DNA of 64,000 nt from an uncultured Chloroflexia bacterium (GTDB lineage: Bacteria > Chloroflexota > Limnocylindria > Limnocylindrales > CSP1-4). Position numbers and translations under genes: made by a program. How positions within the stretch are numbered: the stretch's first letter is position 1; every line of letters starts with the position of its first letter. Shown piece by piece: positions 20,372-33,709 of the stretch. The notes under the pieces are model-generated. The model saw nothing but the letters and a program-made list of their open reading frames with translations. It was not told where the DNA came from and did not search any database. The stretch is from assembly GCA_963777975.1 (NCBI GenBank), contig CAVZSO010000003.1:210760-274759 (forward strand), written 5' to 3'.

Positions 20372-21292
20372 CTAGGCCCCGGCCGCGGCCTCGGCCAGGT
20401 AGCGGCGCCCGGTCTCACCCTGGATGCGCCGGATGTCCTCCTCGTACTTGAGGACGACGCCAAGGGTCGTGTCGATGATCTCGGGCGACAGCTCGCTGGC
20501 ACCGAGCGAGATGAGCGCGGCCGCCCAGTCGAGCGTCTCGGCCACGCCGGGCACCTTGGTCAGGTCGGCCTCGCGCAGGCGGTGGATGAAGCCGACCACC
20601 TCGCGTGCCAGCCGCTCGGGTGCATCCGGCACGCGGGTGAGCACGATCTCGTACTCCTTGGCCGGCGTCGGATAGTCGATCCAGTGGTAGAGGCAGCGTC
20701 GCTTGAGCGCGTCGTGCACCTCGCGCGTCCGATTGGAGGTCAGCACGACACGCGGCGGCTGCTCGGCCCGGATGGTGCCGATCTCGGGCACCGTGACCTG
20801 GAAGTCCGACAGGATCTCCAGCAGGTAGGCCTCGAACTCCTCGTCGGCGCGGTCGATCTCGTCGATGAGCAGGACGGGCGCCAGGCCGGAGCCGTCGGAC
20901 TCGAGCGCCTGGAGCAGCGGCCGCTTGATCAGGAAGTCGGGGCTGAAGATGTCGTGCGCCTTGGCGCGATCGATGTCGCCGCGCGCCTCGAGCAGCCGGA
21001 TCTCGAGCATCTGGCGCGGGTAGTTCCACTCGTAGACCGCCGTGTTGACGTCGAGGCCCTCGTAGCACTGCAGCCGGATGAGCCGCGTGCCGAGGGCCGC
21101 CGCCAGGACCTTGGCCAGCTCCGTCTTGCCGACCCCCGCCTCACCCTCGAGGAGCAATGGGCGCCCGAGCTCGAGGCCCAGGAAGACCGCCGTCGAGAGC
21201 GAGCGCTCGCAGATGTAGCCGCGTTCGCGGAAGGCGGCCTGGACGCCCTCGATGGAGCGCAGGGTGTCGGGGCGCTGATCAGCCTTCGTCAT
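20372..21292 (-). CDS. coxD: CoxD-like MoxR-family AAA+ ATPase
   Basis: 306-aa ORF. Walker A is LLLEGEAGVGKT and Walker B is VLLIDEIDRAD. The layout is MoxR-type. Confidence 0.9.
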   Translation of the reverse strand: MTKADQRPDTLRSIEGVQAAFRERGYICERSLSTAVFLGLELGRPLLLEGEAGVGKTELAKVLAAALGTRLIRLQCYEGLDVNTAVYEWNYPRQMLEIRLLEARGDIDRAKAHDIFSPDFLIKRPLLQALESDGSGLAPVLLIDEIDRADEEFEAYLLEILSDFQVTVPEIGTIRAEQPPRVVLTSNRTREVHDALKRRCLYHWIDYPTPAKEYEIVLTRVPDAPERLAREVVGFIHRLREADLTKVPGVAETLDWAAALISLGASELSPEIIDTTLGVVLKYEEDIRRIQGETGRRYLAEAAAGA

Positions 21293-21323
21293 GGGGAGGC
21301 GAATCTACACCCCTGCGTCGTGC

Positions 21324-22379
21324 TCATCCGTCGGGCGCCTCGAGCTCGCGGGCGTAGGGCGGGAAGCGGAAGCGCATCGAGCGGGTCAGGATGCCGCCGT
21401 GGCCGAGGCGCGAGACCGTCTGCAGGGTCGGTGGCTCACCGGTCAGCAGGCGCGGCAGGAGCAGGTCCGCCGCGGTCGCCTTGGAGTAGGCGCCGCAGGT
21501 CGGCAGGCCAAGGATGGCGGTCCGCCCGACGCGCGCCAGCCAGAGCATCGAGCCTGGATGGGCCGGCACGCCGTGGCGGACGATCCGCCCACCGAGGCGC
21601 TCGATGGCCACGAAGAACGGATCGGTCGGGTCGGTCGAACGGCCGCCGGCGGTGAGCACGACGGCCGACCGATGGTGTCCCCTGGTGACCGACGCCAGGG
21701 CCGCCTCGACCGGGCCGACGCGATCGGGCACGTAGGCGATGGTCACCACCGTCGAGCCGAGCGATTCGATCTTCTGGCGCGCGCTGCGCTCGAACCGATC
21801 GCGATCGCTCGCGCGGAGCGACTCCTTGACCACGACCCCGACGCGCATCGGCAGGAACGGCGCCAGCCAGACGATGGGCCGCTTGCCGAAGCCGGCCAAC
21901 CGCGTGCCGTGGTCGACCAGCGCCGCCTCGACGACGTGTGGCGCGACCTTGACGCTGGCGATCAGCTGGCCGGCCTCGACGATCGATCCGTCGAGCGCGG
22001 TGAAGACCTCCAGCGGGTCCACCCGGTTGAGCAGCTCCAGCTCGCGCGGTCGGACGTGGACGACCCCAGCCGCAGCCGCCAGCAGGTCGACCCGGCTCTC
22101 GTTCGGGCCGCGCAGGGTCAGGCCGGGGCCGGCGACGGCGGCAGCCAGCCGCAGCGCGGCGGCGTCCTCGTGCAGGTCATCGGGCCCGGGGATGATGAGG
22201 GTCAGCGTCTCGATGGTCGGCGAGACGGCACCTGGTCGGGCGAGTGCCGCCAGGTCGTCGGCGGTCAGCTGTCGCCCCTTGGACCACCGCGAGCCATCGA
22301 CGACGAGGTCGCGAACGATGACCGCCCCGACCATCTCGTCGATCGCGAGGTGGCCGGGGCGGAGCGTCGCGGTGCGCAC
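21324..22379 (-). CDS. molybdopterin-binding (MoCF-biosynthesis / MoeA-CinA-like domain) protein
   Basis: 351-aa ORF. The C-terminal half resembles the MoCF_biosynth fold (VVLTAGGRSTDPTDP...GVPAHPGSMLWLA...GLP). The family call is by resemblance only. Confidence 0.6.
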   Translation of the reverse strand: MRTATLRPGHLAIDEMVGAVIVRDLVVDGSRWSKGRQLTADDLAALARPGAVSPTIETLTLIIPGPDDLHEDAAALRLAAAVAGPGLTLRGPNESRVDLLAAAAGVVHVRPRELELLNRVDPLEVFTALDGSIVEAGQLIASVKVAPHVVEAALVDHGTRLAGFGKRPIVWLAPFLPMRVGVVVKESLRASDRDRFERSARQKIESLGSTVVTIAYVPDRVGPVEAALASVTRGHHRSAVVLTAGGRSTDPTDPFFVAIERLGGRIVRHGVPAHPGSMLWLARVGRTAILGLPTCGAYSKATAADLLLPRLLTGEPPTLQTVSRLGHGGILTRSMRFRFPPYARELEAPDG

Positions 22380-22385
22380 CGACGG

Positions 22386-23233
22386 TCAGGTGGCGCGGGC
22401 GAGCGCGGCCTCGATCGCGCGGCGGGTGAAGACCTCGGCCATGGCCGTCCGATATTCGCGGTCGGCGTGGATGTCCGAGTTGACCGTGCGGTTGACGGTC
22501 GCCTCGGCGGCCGCCGCCGCGACGACGTCCGAGGAGCCGTCGGTGCCGATGAGGCCCTCCTCGACCGCGGTCGCGCGATAGGCCGAATCGGAGACGCCGG
22601 TGAGTGCCACGCGAGCGTGCTCGATGCGGCCGCCGGTGCGGGCGATGACGGCGCAGACGCCGACCATCGCGTACCCCGAGGCCGGCTGATGCAGCTTCTG
22701 GTACGAGCCACCGGCGCCGGCCGGCAGGGCGGGACGTCGGATCTCCGTCACCAGCTCGTCGGGTCGGATGGCGGTCTCGAAGGGCCCCAGGAAGAAGTCG
22801 GTCGCACCGATCACCCGCTGGCCCGTCGACGAGCGCACGACGATCGAGGCGTCGAGCGCGATGAGCATGGCCGGCAGGTCCGAGGCCGGGTCGGCGTGCG
22901 CGACCGCGCCTCCGACCGTGGCCCGATTGCGGACCTGCATGTCGGCCGCTTGCAGGATGCCTTCGCGCACGAAGTCCAGGCGCGTGGTCGCGGCCAGCTC
23001 GGCGTAGGTCGTCAGCGCGCCCATCGAGGCGCTGCCGTCCGCTGCGTAGCGGAGACCCTTGAGATCCTGGAGCCGGCCGATGTCGATGACGGCCTCGGTC
23101 CGCGCCAGGCGCAGCTTGAGGAGCGGCAGGAGGCTGTGGCCACCGGCCAGGACCTTGGCCTCCGGGTCCGAGGCGATGGCGCGCAGCGCCTCTTCGACCG
23201 TCGACGGCCGCTGGTAGGAGAACGCTGCCGGGA

Positions 23234-23237
<4 letters not shown>
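22386..23237 (-). CDS. form II CODH-type medium (FAD-binding) subunit
   Basis: ORF 22386..23273 with LAGGHSLLPLLKLRL and TVGGAVAHADPASD. The likely start is GTG 23237, overlapping the large-subunit stop (GTGA). Confidence 0.88.
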
Positions 23238-25639
<2,402 letters not shown>

Positions 25640-25661
25640 GGGATCGTGCCTCCTCGGTCGC

Positions 25662-26150
25662 TCAGGCGTTGGCGGCGGCGCCGGCGCGCAGCATCTTGGC
25701 TGCTTCGCGGATGGCGGCGACGATGTTCTGGTAGCCGGTGCAACGGCAGATGTTGCCCTCGATGGCGTGGCGGATGGCCTCGTCCGAGGGGTCGGGATCG
25801 CGCGCCAGCAGGTCGCTGGCGGCCATGATCATGCCCGGCGTGCAGAAACCACATTGAAGGCCGTGCTTCTCCCAGAAGGCCTGCTGGAGCGCGTGCAACC
25901 CGCCTTCCGGCGCCAGGCCCTCGATGGTCGTGACCGCCGACCCGTCGGCCTGCACGGCCAGCATCGTGCAGCTCTTGACGGCCATGCCGTCCACGACGAC
26001 GGTGCAGGCGCCGCACTGGCTCGTGTCACATCCGATGTGGGTCCCCGTCAGCCCGAGGTCTTCGCGGAGGAGCTGGACGAGCATCCGTCTCGGTTCCACG
26101 TCCACCGTGCGGGCGACGCCGTTGACGACGAGGGCGACCTGCTCTGCCAC
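25662..26150 (-). CDS. form II CODH-type small [2Fe-2S] subunit
   Basis: ORF 25662..26258. The likely start is GTG 26150, with GGAGG 6 nt upstream. Cys blocks: [25 protein letters not shown]. Confidence 0.9.
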   Translation of the reverse strand: MAEQVALVVNGVARTVDVEPRRMLVQLLREDLGLTGTHIGCDTSQCGACTVVVDGMAVKSCTMLAVQADGSAVTTIEGLAPEGGLHALQQAFWEKHGLQCGFCTPGMIMAASDLLARDPDPSDEAIRHAIEGNICRCTGYQNIVAAIREAAKMLRAGAAANA

Positions 26151-26296
26151 CGCGAACCTCCGACGCTGGATGGATCGACCCGAAGCGGGTCGACGACGGA
26201 TGTGGGTGAAGACCCTGGGAGCCGCCTCGATGGTCCCACCGAAGGGCCCGGGAATCAAGCCGAAAACACGGCCGCTCGGCCGAGCGCGAGCGGACG

Positions 26297-26656
26297 TCAG
26301 CAGCTGGGCAGCGGCCCCGTCTGGAGGGTCAAGGTCCCGGTCACCTTGCCGCTGTCGCTCACGAACTTCGCCTGCTGGCTCGAGATCAGGGTGGCGGTGC
26401 CCTGGGCATCCTTGAGATAGTCGGCCGCCGAGAGCATGCCGCCCAGGTCGTCGCGGGCCAGGGTGACCTTGAAGAAGGCGCCGTTGATGATGGCGCCCGG
26501 CGTGCCGCCGCAGTCACTCAACATGATCTGGACCGCGTCGGCCCGACCGGCGCTGCCGGCCGGTCCGCCACCGCCTCCACCGCAGCCTGTCAGGAGGCCG
26601 ACGACCACCAGGAGCGCGAGGATCGACCGCGTCCGCAACGCGCTGCCCTCCATCAT
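26297..26656 (-). CDS. hypothetical lipoprotein
   Basis: ORF 26297..26752. The internal start is [25 protein letters not shown], a signal peptide with an LTGC lipobox followed by a Gly-rich linker. Confidence 0.55.
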   Translation of the reverse strand: MMEGSALRTRSILALLVVVGLLTGCGGGGGGPAGSAGRADAVQIMLSDCGGTPGAIINGAFFKVTLARDDLGGMLSAADYLKDAQGTATLISSQQAKFVSDSGKVTGTLTLQTGPLPSC

Positions 26657-26817
26657 CCTGCGAGCCCAGGGCTGCGTCGTGCTGCCCTCGACCGGAAGGG
26701 TGGCGTGTCGATGGGCACCCGTCAATGACGAACCGCGGCGGATCGATTCCACCTTTTGCGGGTCGCTGGCGCGTGCCAGGCGCCGGCCCGTCGTGCTCTA
26801 CAGGCGCAGGACGTCGA

Positions 26818-29800
26818 TCAGGCGGCGCCGACCGCCTCGGCAAGCCGCTCGACGACCAGGCGTGTGACCCGCCAGGCAAGCTCCGGATCGCGCGGCATCC
26901 GCAGCCGAACCTGGTTGGAGGCGTAGGTGATGCCGCCGGCAAGCGATCGGATGGGGTCGCCGGCGCCGCGCGGCGCCATGGCCTGTGCCGTCGTCAGCCT
27001 CGACCAGCCATCGCGGAAGCGGAGCACGAGCTGGCCATCCTCGCGGGCCACCGATGTCAGCCCGGCGGCCTCGGCCGAGAGCCGCAGCCGGGCGACCTCG
27101 AGCAGCCGCTGGACCGGCGATGGGGCCGGTCCGTAGCGGTCGAGCAGGTCGGTCGCCACGGCGGCGATGGATGCGTCCGTCGTGGCCCGCGCCAGCCGGC
27201 GGTAGAGCTCGAGCTTCTGGGCCTCCTCCGCCACGTAGGCGTCGGGCAGGTAGGCGTCGACGGGCAGGTCGATGACCGCTGTCGGACGGGCGACGACCGG
27301 CGGCCGTGCCTCGAGCTCGGCCTTGCGTTCCTCGACGGCCTCTGCCAGCAGGCGGGTGAAGAGCTCGAAGCCGACGGCCGCGATGTTGCCGTGTTGTTCC
27401 GCACCGAGCAGGTTGCCGGCGCCGCGGATCTCCAGGTCGGACAACGCGATCTGGAACCCGGCCCCGAGCTCGGAGGCGTTGAAGATGGCCTGCAACCGCT
27501 TTCGGGCGACGTCCGACAGCTGCCCGCGGCGCCGGTACAGCAGGTAGGCGTAGGCGCGTCGGGACGATCTGCCGACGCGGCCGCGCAGCTGGTAGAGCTG
27601 CGCCAGCCCGAGCGCGTCGGCGCGATCGACGATGATCGTGTTGGCATTCGGGATGTCGAGGCCGGATTCGATGATCGTCGTGCACACGAGGACATCGTGT
27701 TCGCCGGCTGCGAAGGCCAGCATCACGCGCTCCAGGACCCCTTCCGGCATCTGCCCGTGGCCGACGACGATGCGTGCGTCGGGCAGCAGGCGACGGAGCT
27801 GCTCGGCCTGGGCCTCGATCGTCTCGACCCGGTTGTGGACGAAGAAGACCTGGCCGCCACGATCGACTTCGCGCAGGATGGCGTCCCGGACGAGGCCAGC
27901 GGACGCTTCCGCGACGCGCGTCTGGATGGGCAGGCGGTCCTCCGGCGGCGTCTCGATGACGCTCATGTCGCGGGCGCCGACGAGCGCCATGTTGAGCGTT
28001 CGGGGGATGGGCGTGGCCGAGAGGGTCAGCACGTCGACCTCGGTCTTCATCTGCTTGAGGCGTTCCTTGTGGGCGACCCCGAAGCGTTGCTCCTCGTCGA
28101 CCACCAGCAGCCCGAGATCACGGAAGCGGATATCCCTGGAGAGGAGACGGTGGGTGCCGACCACGAGGTCGACCGAGCCGTCTTCGAGGCCAGCCAGCGT
28201 GGCCGCCTGTTCGGCCGGGGCGACGAAGCGGCTGAGCATGCGGACGACCAGCGGGTACGCCGCCAGCCGCGCCCGGAAGGTCTCCAGGTGCTGGGACGCA
28301 AGGACCGTCGTCGGCACCAGCACCGCCACCTGGGTGCCGTCGGCGATGGCCTTGAAGGCTGCCCGCAGGGCGACCTCGGTCTTGCCGTAGCCGACGTCGC
28401 CGACGACCAGCCGGTCCATCGGCCGCTCGCGCTCCATGTCGGCCTTGACCTCGACGATGGAGCGCAGCTGGTCGGGCGTCTCCTCGTATGGGAAGCCGGC
28501 CTCGAGCTCCGACTGCCACGGCGTATCGGGGCTGAAGGCTCGTCCCCGCACGGCCGCCCGCGCCGCATAGAGGGCGACCAGGTCCCGGGCCAGGTCGGTG
28601 ACCGCCTTTCGGACCCGGCTCCGTGTCCGCGTCCACTCGCCGCCACCCAGCCGCGAGAGCGGCGCCGACTCGGCGCCCGCGTAGCGGCTGACCCGGTCGA
28701 TCTGCTCGACCGGCACCCAGATCCGGTCGGCGCCGGCGAAATGGAGCTCGAGGAAGTCGCGCTCCTCGTCACCGGGCCCACCCGCCGACCGCCGGACGAG
28801 GCCGGCGTAGCGGGCGACGCCGTGGTCGACGTGCACGACCGGATCCCCCGGCTGGAGGCGCTCCAGCAGGTCGCGGGGCACCACGCGGCGGAGGGCGCGA
28901 GGTCGGCGGACGCGGACCGTCCCGAAGAGCTCGCGGTCGGTGACCACGATGAGTCCGTCCGGTCCGCCGGCGAAGCCGCCGTTGAGGCTGCGCGTGAGCA
29001 GGGCGATGCCGCCCGGCGGTGGGGCCGCGTCGAGCCGCTGGACGGGCGCGGCCACGATGTCCGACTCGGACAGCAGCTCCTCGAGGCGAGCCGACTGATC
29101 CGAGGCGAGGACGACCCTGGCGCCCTCGCCCCGCCAGCGCGTGACGGTGGCGCCGATGCTGCCGATGGCGGCGGGAGGCAGGGCCGGCTCGTGCCAGCCG
29201 AATGGGTTGCCACCCGGTGGAGCACCATGGAGGTCCGGCTCCCAGCCGAGCTCGAGGGTTCGTGCCGCCTGCAGGGCGGACTTCCAGCCACGTGGCGAGA
29301 GATAGGCATCGGGCCAGCCCTTGGCCAGCTCGCCGGCCGCTTCAAGCTCGCTCGATCGTTCGCTGGCCTGAGCCTGCAGAGCGTCGAAGGCGGCGCCGAC
29401 GTCGGCCGGCTCGTCGATGACCAGGATGGCGTCGCCGACGTGGTCCATGCCCGTGGCCGGTGCCAGCACGCCGCTCCAGATCTCGGCCGCGTCGCCAAGC
29501 GAGCCCGTCTCGACGAGGCGCGCATGGTCGGTCGCCAGGCGCTCCGGGAGGCGCGTCACGATGCGGCCGAGTCGCGCCTCGAAGAGCGCGCGCCTCCCCT
29601 CGGCCTCGACAGGCAGGCGGAACTCGCCGGCGGGCACGATGGCGACGGACCCGAGCGCACCGACACCGCGCTGGTCGGTCGGGTCGAATGCACGCAGGGA
29701 CTCGACCTCGTCACCGAACCACTCCAGGCGCACCGGCAGCGGCTGGCCGGGTGGGAAGCAGTCGACGATGCCGCCACGTCGTGCGAACTCGCCGCGACCG

Positions 29801-30495
29801 GCGACCTCGGGGACCGACTCGTAGCCGAGATCCACCAGCCGACGGAGGAGCCGCTCCTGGGGTAGGCGAGCCCCCGGCCGGAGGACGAGCGGCTCGCTCT
29901 CGAGATCGGCCACCGGAAGGGTCCGCTGGACGAGCGCCTGGACACCGGCGACGAGGATGCGCGCGTTGCCGGCATGCCAGTCCGAGAGGACGGCCACCCG
30001 CGCCGCAGTCTCGTCACGGACGAGCTCCGATCGCTCGTAGGCGAGAGCGGTACGTGCCTCCAGCGTGACCACGGCCGACGGCCCCGCCCACGCCGCCAGC
30101 TCCTCCGCTACCCGATCCGCGATCTCGGAGTCGCGGGCGATCCAGACCAGCCGCTGGCCGGTGGCGATGGAGAGCGCCGCGGACAGGAACGTCTTGGCGC
30201 CGTGCGGCATGGCCCCGTAGGTGACGTGGCGCCGGTCGCGCCCGACGCCACCGGCTGGGGTACTCAGGCGCTCGGCGAGGTCCTGCAGGGCCCCGGTCTC
30301 GGCCAGCAGCGCCGGCAGGACCGATAGGTCGGCCGGGCCGCGGCGCTCGGCAGCGGTCCCCGCGCGCGACGCCGTCCTCGGCCGCGTGGCGGCCAGGGTG
30401 CTTGACCCGCCGCTGCCGCCCATGCCCGGCCCGCCGCTGCCGAAACGGCGCTCACGGCCACGGCGACCACGCATCGGGCTGGTCGGATCGGTCAT
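26818..30495 (-). CDS. mfd: transcription-repair coupling factor
   Basis: Intact 1225-aa ORF. The CarD/TRCF domain (HVDHGVARY) and the superfamily 2 helicase motifs (GDVGYGKTEVA, DEEQRFG, TATPIPRT) are present. Confidence 0.95.
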   Translation of the reverse strand: MTDPTSPMRGRRGRERRFGSGGPGMGGSGGSSTLAATRPRTASRAGTAAERRGPADLSVLPALLAETGALQDLAERLSTPAGGVGRDRRHVTYGAMPHGAKTFLSAALSIATGQRLVWIARDSEIADRVAEELAAWAGPSAVVTLEARTALAYERSELVRDETAARVAVLSDWHAGNARILVAGVQALVQRTLPVADLESEPLVLRPGARLPQERLLRRLVDLGYESVPEVAGRGEFARRGGIVDCFPPGQPLPVRLEWFGDEVESLRAFDPTDQRGVGALGSVAIVPAGEFRLPVEAEGRRALFEARLGRIVTRLPERLATDHARLVETGSLGDAAEIWSGVLAPATGMDHVGDAILVIDEPADVGAAFDALQAQASERSSELEAAGELAKGWPDAYLSPRGWKSALQAARTLELGWEPDLHGAPPGGNPFGWHEPALPPAAIGSIGATVTRWRGEGARVVLASDQSARLEELLSESDIVAAPVQRLDAAPPPGGIALLTRSLNGGFAGGPDGLIVVTDRELFGTVRVRRPRALRRVVPRDLLERLQPGDPVVHVDHGVARYAGLVRRSAGGPGDEERDFLELHFAGADRIWVPVEQIDRVSRYAGAESAPLSRLGGGEWTRTRSRVRKAVTDLARDLVALYAARAAVRGRAFSPDTPWQSELEAGFPYEETPDQLRSIVEVKADMERERPMDRLVVGDVGYGKTEVALRAAFKAIADGTQVAVLVPTTVLASQHLETFRARLAAYPLVVRMLSRFVAPAEQAATLAGLEDGSVDLVVGTHRLLSRDIRFRDLGLLVVDEEQRFGVAHKERLKQMKTEVDVLTLSATPIPRTLNMALVGARDMSVIETPPEDRLPIQTRVAEASAGLVRDAILREVDRGGQVFFVHNRVETIEAQAEQLRRLLPDARIVVGHGQMPEGVLERVMLAFAAGEHDVLVCTTIIESGLDIPNANTIIVDRADALGLAQLYQLRGRVGRSSRRAYAYLLYRRRGQLSDVARKRLQAIFNASELGAGFQIALSDLEIRGAGNLLGAEQHGNIAAVGFELFTRLLAEAVEERKAELEARPPVVARPTAVIDLPVDAYLPDAYVAEEAQKLELYRRLARATTDASIAAVATDLLDRYGPAPSPVQRLLEVARLRLSAEAAGLTSVAREDGQLVLRFRDGWSRLTTAQAMAPRGAGDPIRSLAGGITYASNQVRLRMPRDPELAWRVTRLVVERLAEAVGAA

Positions 30496-31280
30496 CGCCG
30501 CCCAGGGTCCGAGCCCCGGACATCGGGATCCGGCAGTGGCTTGCGCCAGCCGGTCCGCGTGTGCCTGATGCCGTCGGCGCCAACAGTCGATGCCGGCATC
30601 GCATCAGCGGACCCGGGCGTCGCGCTCGTTGCACCCCGCGCCGTGTCGGTGTCGTCGAGCGCCGGCTCGCGATCGCCGGGGGCGGGATCCGGTCGTTCGA
30701 CCGGCGCTGGCGGGTGGAGCTGCCAGGGGTTCCAGCGGTTCGCCGCGCGGGAGGCGCCATCGCGGGCCCAATCGAGGACGGCATCGGCGGCCGCATCGAT
30801 GATGTGTTCGAGATCCACCCGCTCGGTACCATCGAACGTGCTCAGGACGTGATCGACGGCGGCCCGCGAGGGCTCGCCGATGCCGACCCGAAGGCGCGCG
30901 AACTTCTGGCTGTCGAGCTCGCCGATGATCGAGCGCAGGCCGTTGTGGCCGCCGGCGCTGCCCGACGCCCGCAGCCGGAGGCGTCCGAACGGCAGCGCGA
31001 AGTCGTCGGCGACCACGAGCAGGTCATCGAGCGGCGCGTGGGCCCGGGCCAGGACCTTGCGGACGGCCAGGCCGGACTCATTCATGAACGTCTGCGGCTT
31101 GACGAGCTCCAGGTCGAGGCCGTCGAAGCGTCCCCAGATGACGCGCGCAGCGTCACGCTCCTTGCCGCCACCCGCCCAACCGGCCCGGTCGGCCAGGCGG
31201 TCGAGCACCATCCAGCCGATGTTATGACGCGTCTTCGCGTAGCGGCTGCCCGGGTTGCCCAACCCGACGACGATCCTCAC
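30492..31280 (-). CDS. pth: peptidyl-tRNA hydrolase with a ~75-aa C-terminal extension
   Basis: The N-terminus is MRIVVGLGNPGSRYAKTRHNIGW and GGHNGLRSI is present. The GTG start has GGAGG 4 nt upstream. The stop overlaps the mfd ATG (ATGA). Confidence 0.9.
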   Translation of the reverse strand: MRIVVGLGNPGSRYAKTRHNIGWMVLDRLADRAGWAGGGKERDAARVIWGRFDGLDLELVKPQTFMNESGLAVRKVLARAHAPLDDLLVVADDFALPFGRLRLRASGSAGGHNGLRSIIGELDSQKFARLRVGIGEPSRAAVDHVLSTFDGTERVDLEHIIDAAADAVLDWARDGASRAANRWNPWQLHPPAPVERPDPAPGDREPALDDTDTARGATSATPGSADAMPASTVGADGIRHTRTGWRKPLPDPDVRGSDPGRR

Positions 31281-31506
31281 CCTGCCTCCGTGATCGATCC
31301 GGGCCCGCGCCTACGCCGGGCACGGCGAGGGGGCCCGAATCCCGTCTGGGAGGGCCCGACCGGGCCGATGGTAGCGCAGGCTGTCATCCGAGCGCCGGCC
31401 GAGCGCCGGTGCCCGCACGCACCGCCGAAACGTCTGCATCCGTACCGGACCCCATCATGCCGCCCCGAACCGGCGTACCCTCCTCGTCTCTACAGGAGGT
31501 GAAGCC

Positions 31507-32926
31507 ATGCGCCGCACGCCACTCCGGCGGTCCGTCTCGATCGTGTGCGCGGCCCTCGTGTCGCTCCTCGGGGCGGCCGGAACGGCCGCGGCCGTGACCC
31601 CGATCGCCGGCCCGAACGTCGACGTCAGCCAGCGGGTCGGCAACGAGGCGGAGACGACCATCGCCACCAACCCGACCGACCCCGACAACGTCGCCATCGT
31701 CTCGAATGTCCAGTTCGGGAGTGGCCTCTTCTCGGCCGTCTCCGACGACGGCGGGGCGACGTGGGAGACGGACATCATCGGCGACGGTGACGGGCTCGGT
31801 GTGGCCTGCTGCGACCCGAGCCTGGCATTCGACGACTACGGCAACCTCTTCCTGATCTACCTCGACTCGAAGGGCAAGCGCGTCCAGGCTGCCCTGAGCA
31901 CGGACGGCGGCCATCGATATCGCTTCCTGAAGACGGTCGAGCAGACCGACAACGGGGTCGTCAAGGCGCCACCGACCAAAGGCGCCGGCGGCGGCGCTCC
32001 CGTCGACCAGCCGACGGTCGCCACCGGGCCCGGCAGCGTCTGGGTCGTCTGGAAGCAGTTCTCGAAGCACCAGCTGCTCCGCGTCCGCGGGGCGACGGTC
32101 GCTGGCCTCGGCCGAGTCGGGCCGTGGGCAGCCCCGGCAGGCGTGCCGGGCTCGCGGGACGGCAGCTTCGGCGACATCGTGGTCGGTCCGCGAGGCCAGG
32201 TCATGGTCACCTATCAGGACAACATCCCGACCGAAGGCCCCTCGACCATCTTCGTGAACACCGATCCGGACGGCTTCGGACCGGCGTCGATGGGTCCGGC
32301 CATCGCGGTCACCTCGACGAATGTCGGCGGTTTCGACGAGCATCCCGCCGCAGTCGACGCGTTCCGTCGACGCCGAGTCCGGCCTGGCCTGGGATCGAAG
32401 CGGCGGCGCTCACGCCGGGCGCGTCTACCTCGTCTACACCGACGAGACCGTCAACGAGGACAACGACACGAACATCTTCGTGCGCTGGTCCGACGACGAT
32501 GGCGCCACCTGGAGCGGCCGGGTCCGTGTCAACGACGACACCGGCACGAACAGCCAGTTCAACCCCCATGTCGAGGTCGACCAGACGAGCGGGTTCGTCG
32601 GTGTCAGCTTCTACGACGCGCGCAATGATCTTGGGGCGGGCGGGATCGGCGACACGAACGGGCTCGCCAACGATGATGCCATGTACTACGCAGCCGTTAG
32701 CGCCGACGGAGGCAGCAGCTTCGGGACCAACGTGCGCGTGAGTCATGGAGCATCGAACGCGCAGGACTCGAACAACGGGGTCGAGTACGGCGACTATAAC
32801 GACATGGCCTTCGTCGATGGCGTGATCCGCCCAGCCTGGGCCGACAACTCCGACAGCACGGGTGACAACCCTGACGGTGCCCTGGATACCTTCGACATCT
32901 ACTCGGCGGCCGTGACCGTCCCGTAG
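31507..32926 (+). CDS. secreted BNR/sialidase-like repeat protein, one frame break near 32336-32343
   Basis: ORF 31507..32628 has GGAGGTG upstream, the signal peptide MRRTPLRRSVSIVCAALVSLLGAAGTAAA and the motif SDDGGATW. ORF 32321..32926 has SDDDGATW and SADGGSSF. These are SxDxGxTW BNR motifs. Confidence 0.7.
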
Positions 32927-33002
32927 TCGGTCCCGGCCCTCGCGGACGGTCGGAGGTTCACGCCCTCCCCGGCGTCGAGCGGCTCCATCGTGCCGCCCTT
33001 CG

Positions 33003-33530
33003 TCAGCTCGGATGCGTGTCCCGCAGCCAGGCGATGTGCGAGCGGTGCTCCGCTTCGTGTTGCAGCAGGTGGTGGATGACCCAGTCCGGGGCAGCGTCGT
33101 AGTCCGCCAGCCGGCGAGGTCGATGGAAGTCGTCGGTCGTCATCGGCCGCAGGCGGTCGAGAAGGTAGGCCCGTATCGCGCCTAGCCGCTCGAGGTGCTC
33201 GGCCAACGTCTGGCCGTCGACCTGGATGAGCCGGCCCGTGCCGTCCCGATCTTCGAAGGGCAGCAACGCCGGCAGCCAGGCGGGTCCCGGATCGCCCTCG
33301 AAGATGTCTTCCAGCAGCCAGCTCGCCTCGACCAGCGCGATGTGGTAGAGCAGGGTGCCGATGCTGTTGAGCGGCGCGTCGGGCCGCCAGTCGAGCATCT
33401 CCGGCTGGACGGGCTCCAGCTCGCGGAGCGTGTCGCGTCGGCCGTCCTCCAGCGCCGCCAGCCAGCGACCGACCTCCGGGTCGTCGGCGATGGACTCGAG
33501 CACGAAGCGTTCCCGTTGGGATTTGCTCAT
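33003..33530 (-). CDS. DinB-family (DUF664-like) metal-dependent protein
   Basis: 175-aa ORF. It has the four-helix DinB pattern with His positions (LLYHIALVE...HHLLQHEAEHRSHI). Confidence 0.8.
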   Translation of the reverse strand: MSKSQRERFVLESIADDPEVGRWLAALEDGRRDTLRELEPVQPEMLDWRPDAPLNSIGTLLYHIALVEASWLLEDIFEGDPGPAWLPALLPFEDRDGTGRLIQVDGQTLAEHLERLGAIRAYLLDRLRPMTTDDFHRPRRLADYDAAPDWVIHHLLQHEAEHRSHIAWLRDTHPS

Positions 33531-33709
33531 CCCGAGGCGCCCTTCGGGAGATAGAAGGTCATCGTCTCCTCGATCTGCACTGCGACCGAGGCCACCGACC
33601 TGGGGCGGCCGTCGCGGGTGTCGTCGATCGTATCGACGTGGTCAACAGAGGCATCGCGTGGGCGTAGCATCGTGAGGATGGGCCGACGCGTGATCCTCTG
33701 GCTGGGAAT

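Noticed and set aside
31369-31374. TACCAT -10-like hexamer about 85 nt upstream of pth, with a similar one at 47350..47355.
   Set aside because: There is no TG extension and no -35 match, so a hexamer match alone is too weak to annotate as a promoter. The 47350 copy is mentioned only under the leaderless-start hypothesis.
32948-32980. Imperfect hairpin (GGAGG ttcacgc CCTCC with partial extension) between the convergent BNR and DinB genes, as a possible bidirectional terminator.
   Set aside because: The perfect stem is only 5 bp, the flanks are mismatched, and there is no U-tract.
33528-33563. 11-codon upstream ORF (ATG ACC TTC TAT CTC CCG AAG GGC GCC TCG GGA TGA) preceded by GAGGAG and overlapping the DinB-family start codon.
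   Set aside because: The SD spacing is only 3 nt, the peptide has no notable composition, and given the indel problem it could equally be a mis-framed N-terminal extension. There is not enough support to call a leader peptide.
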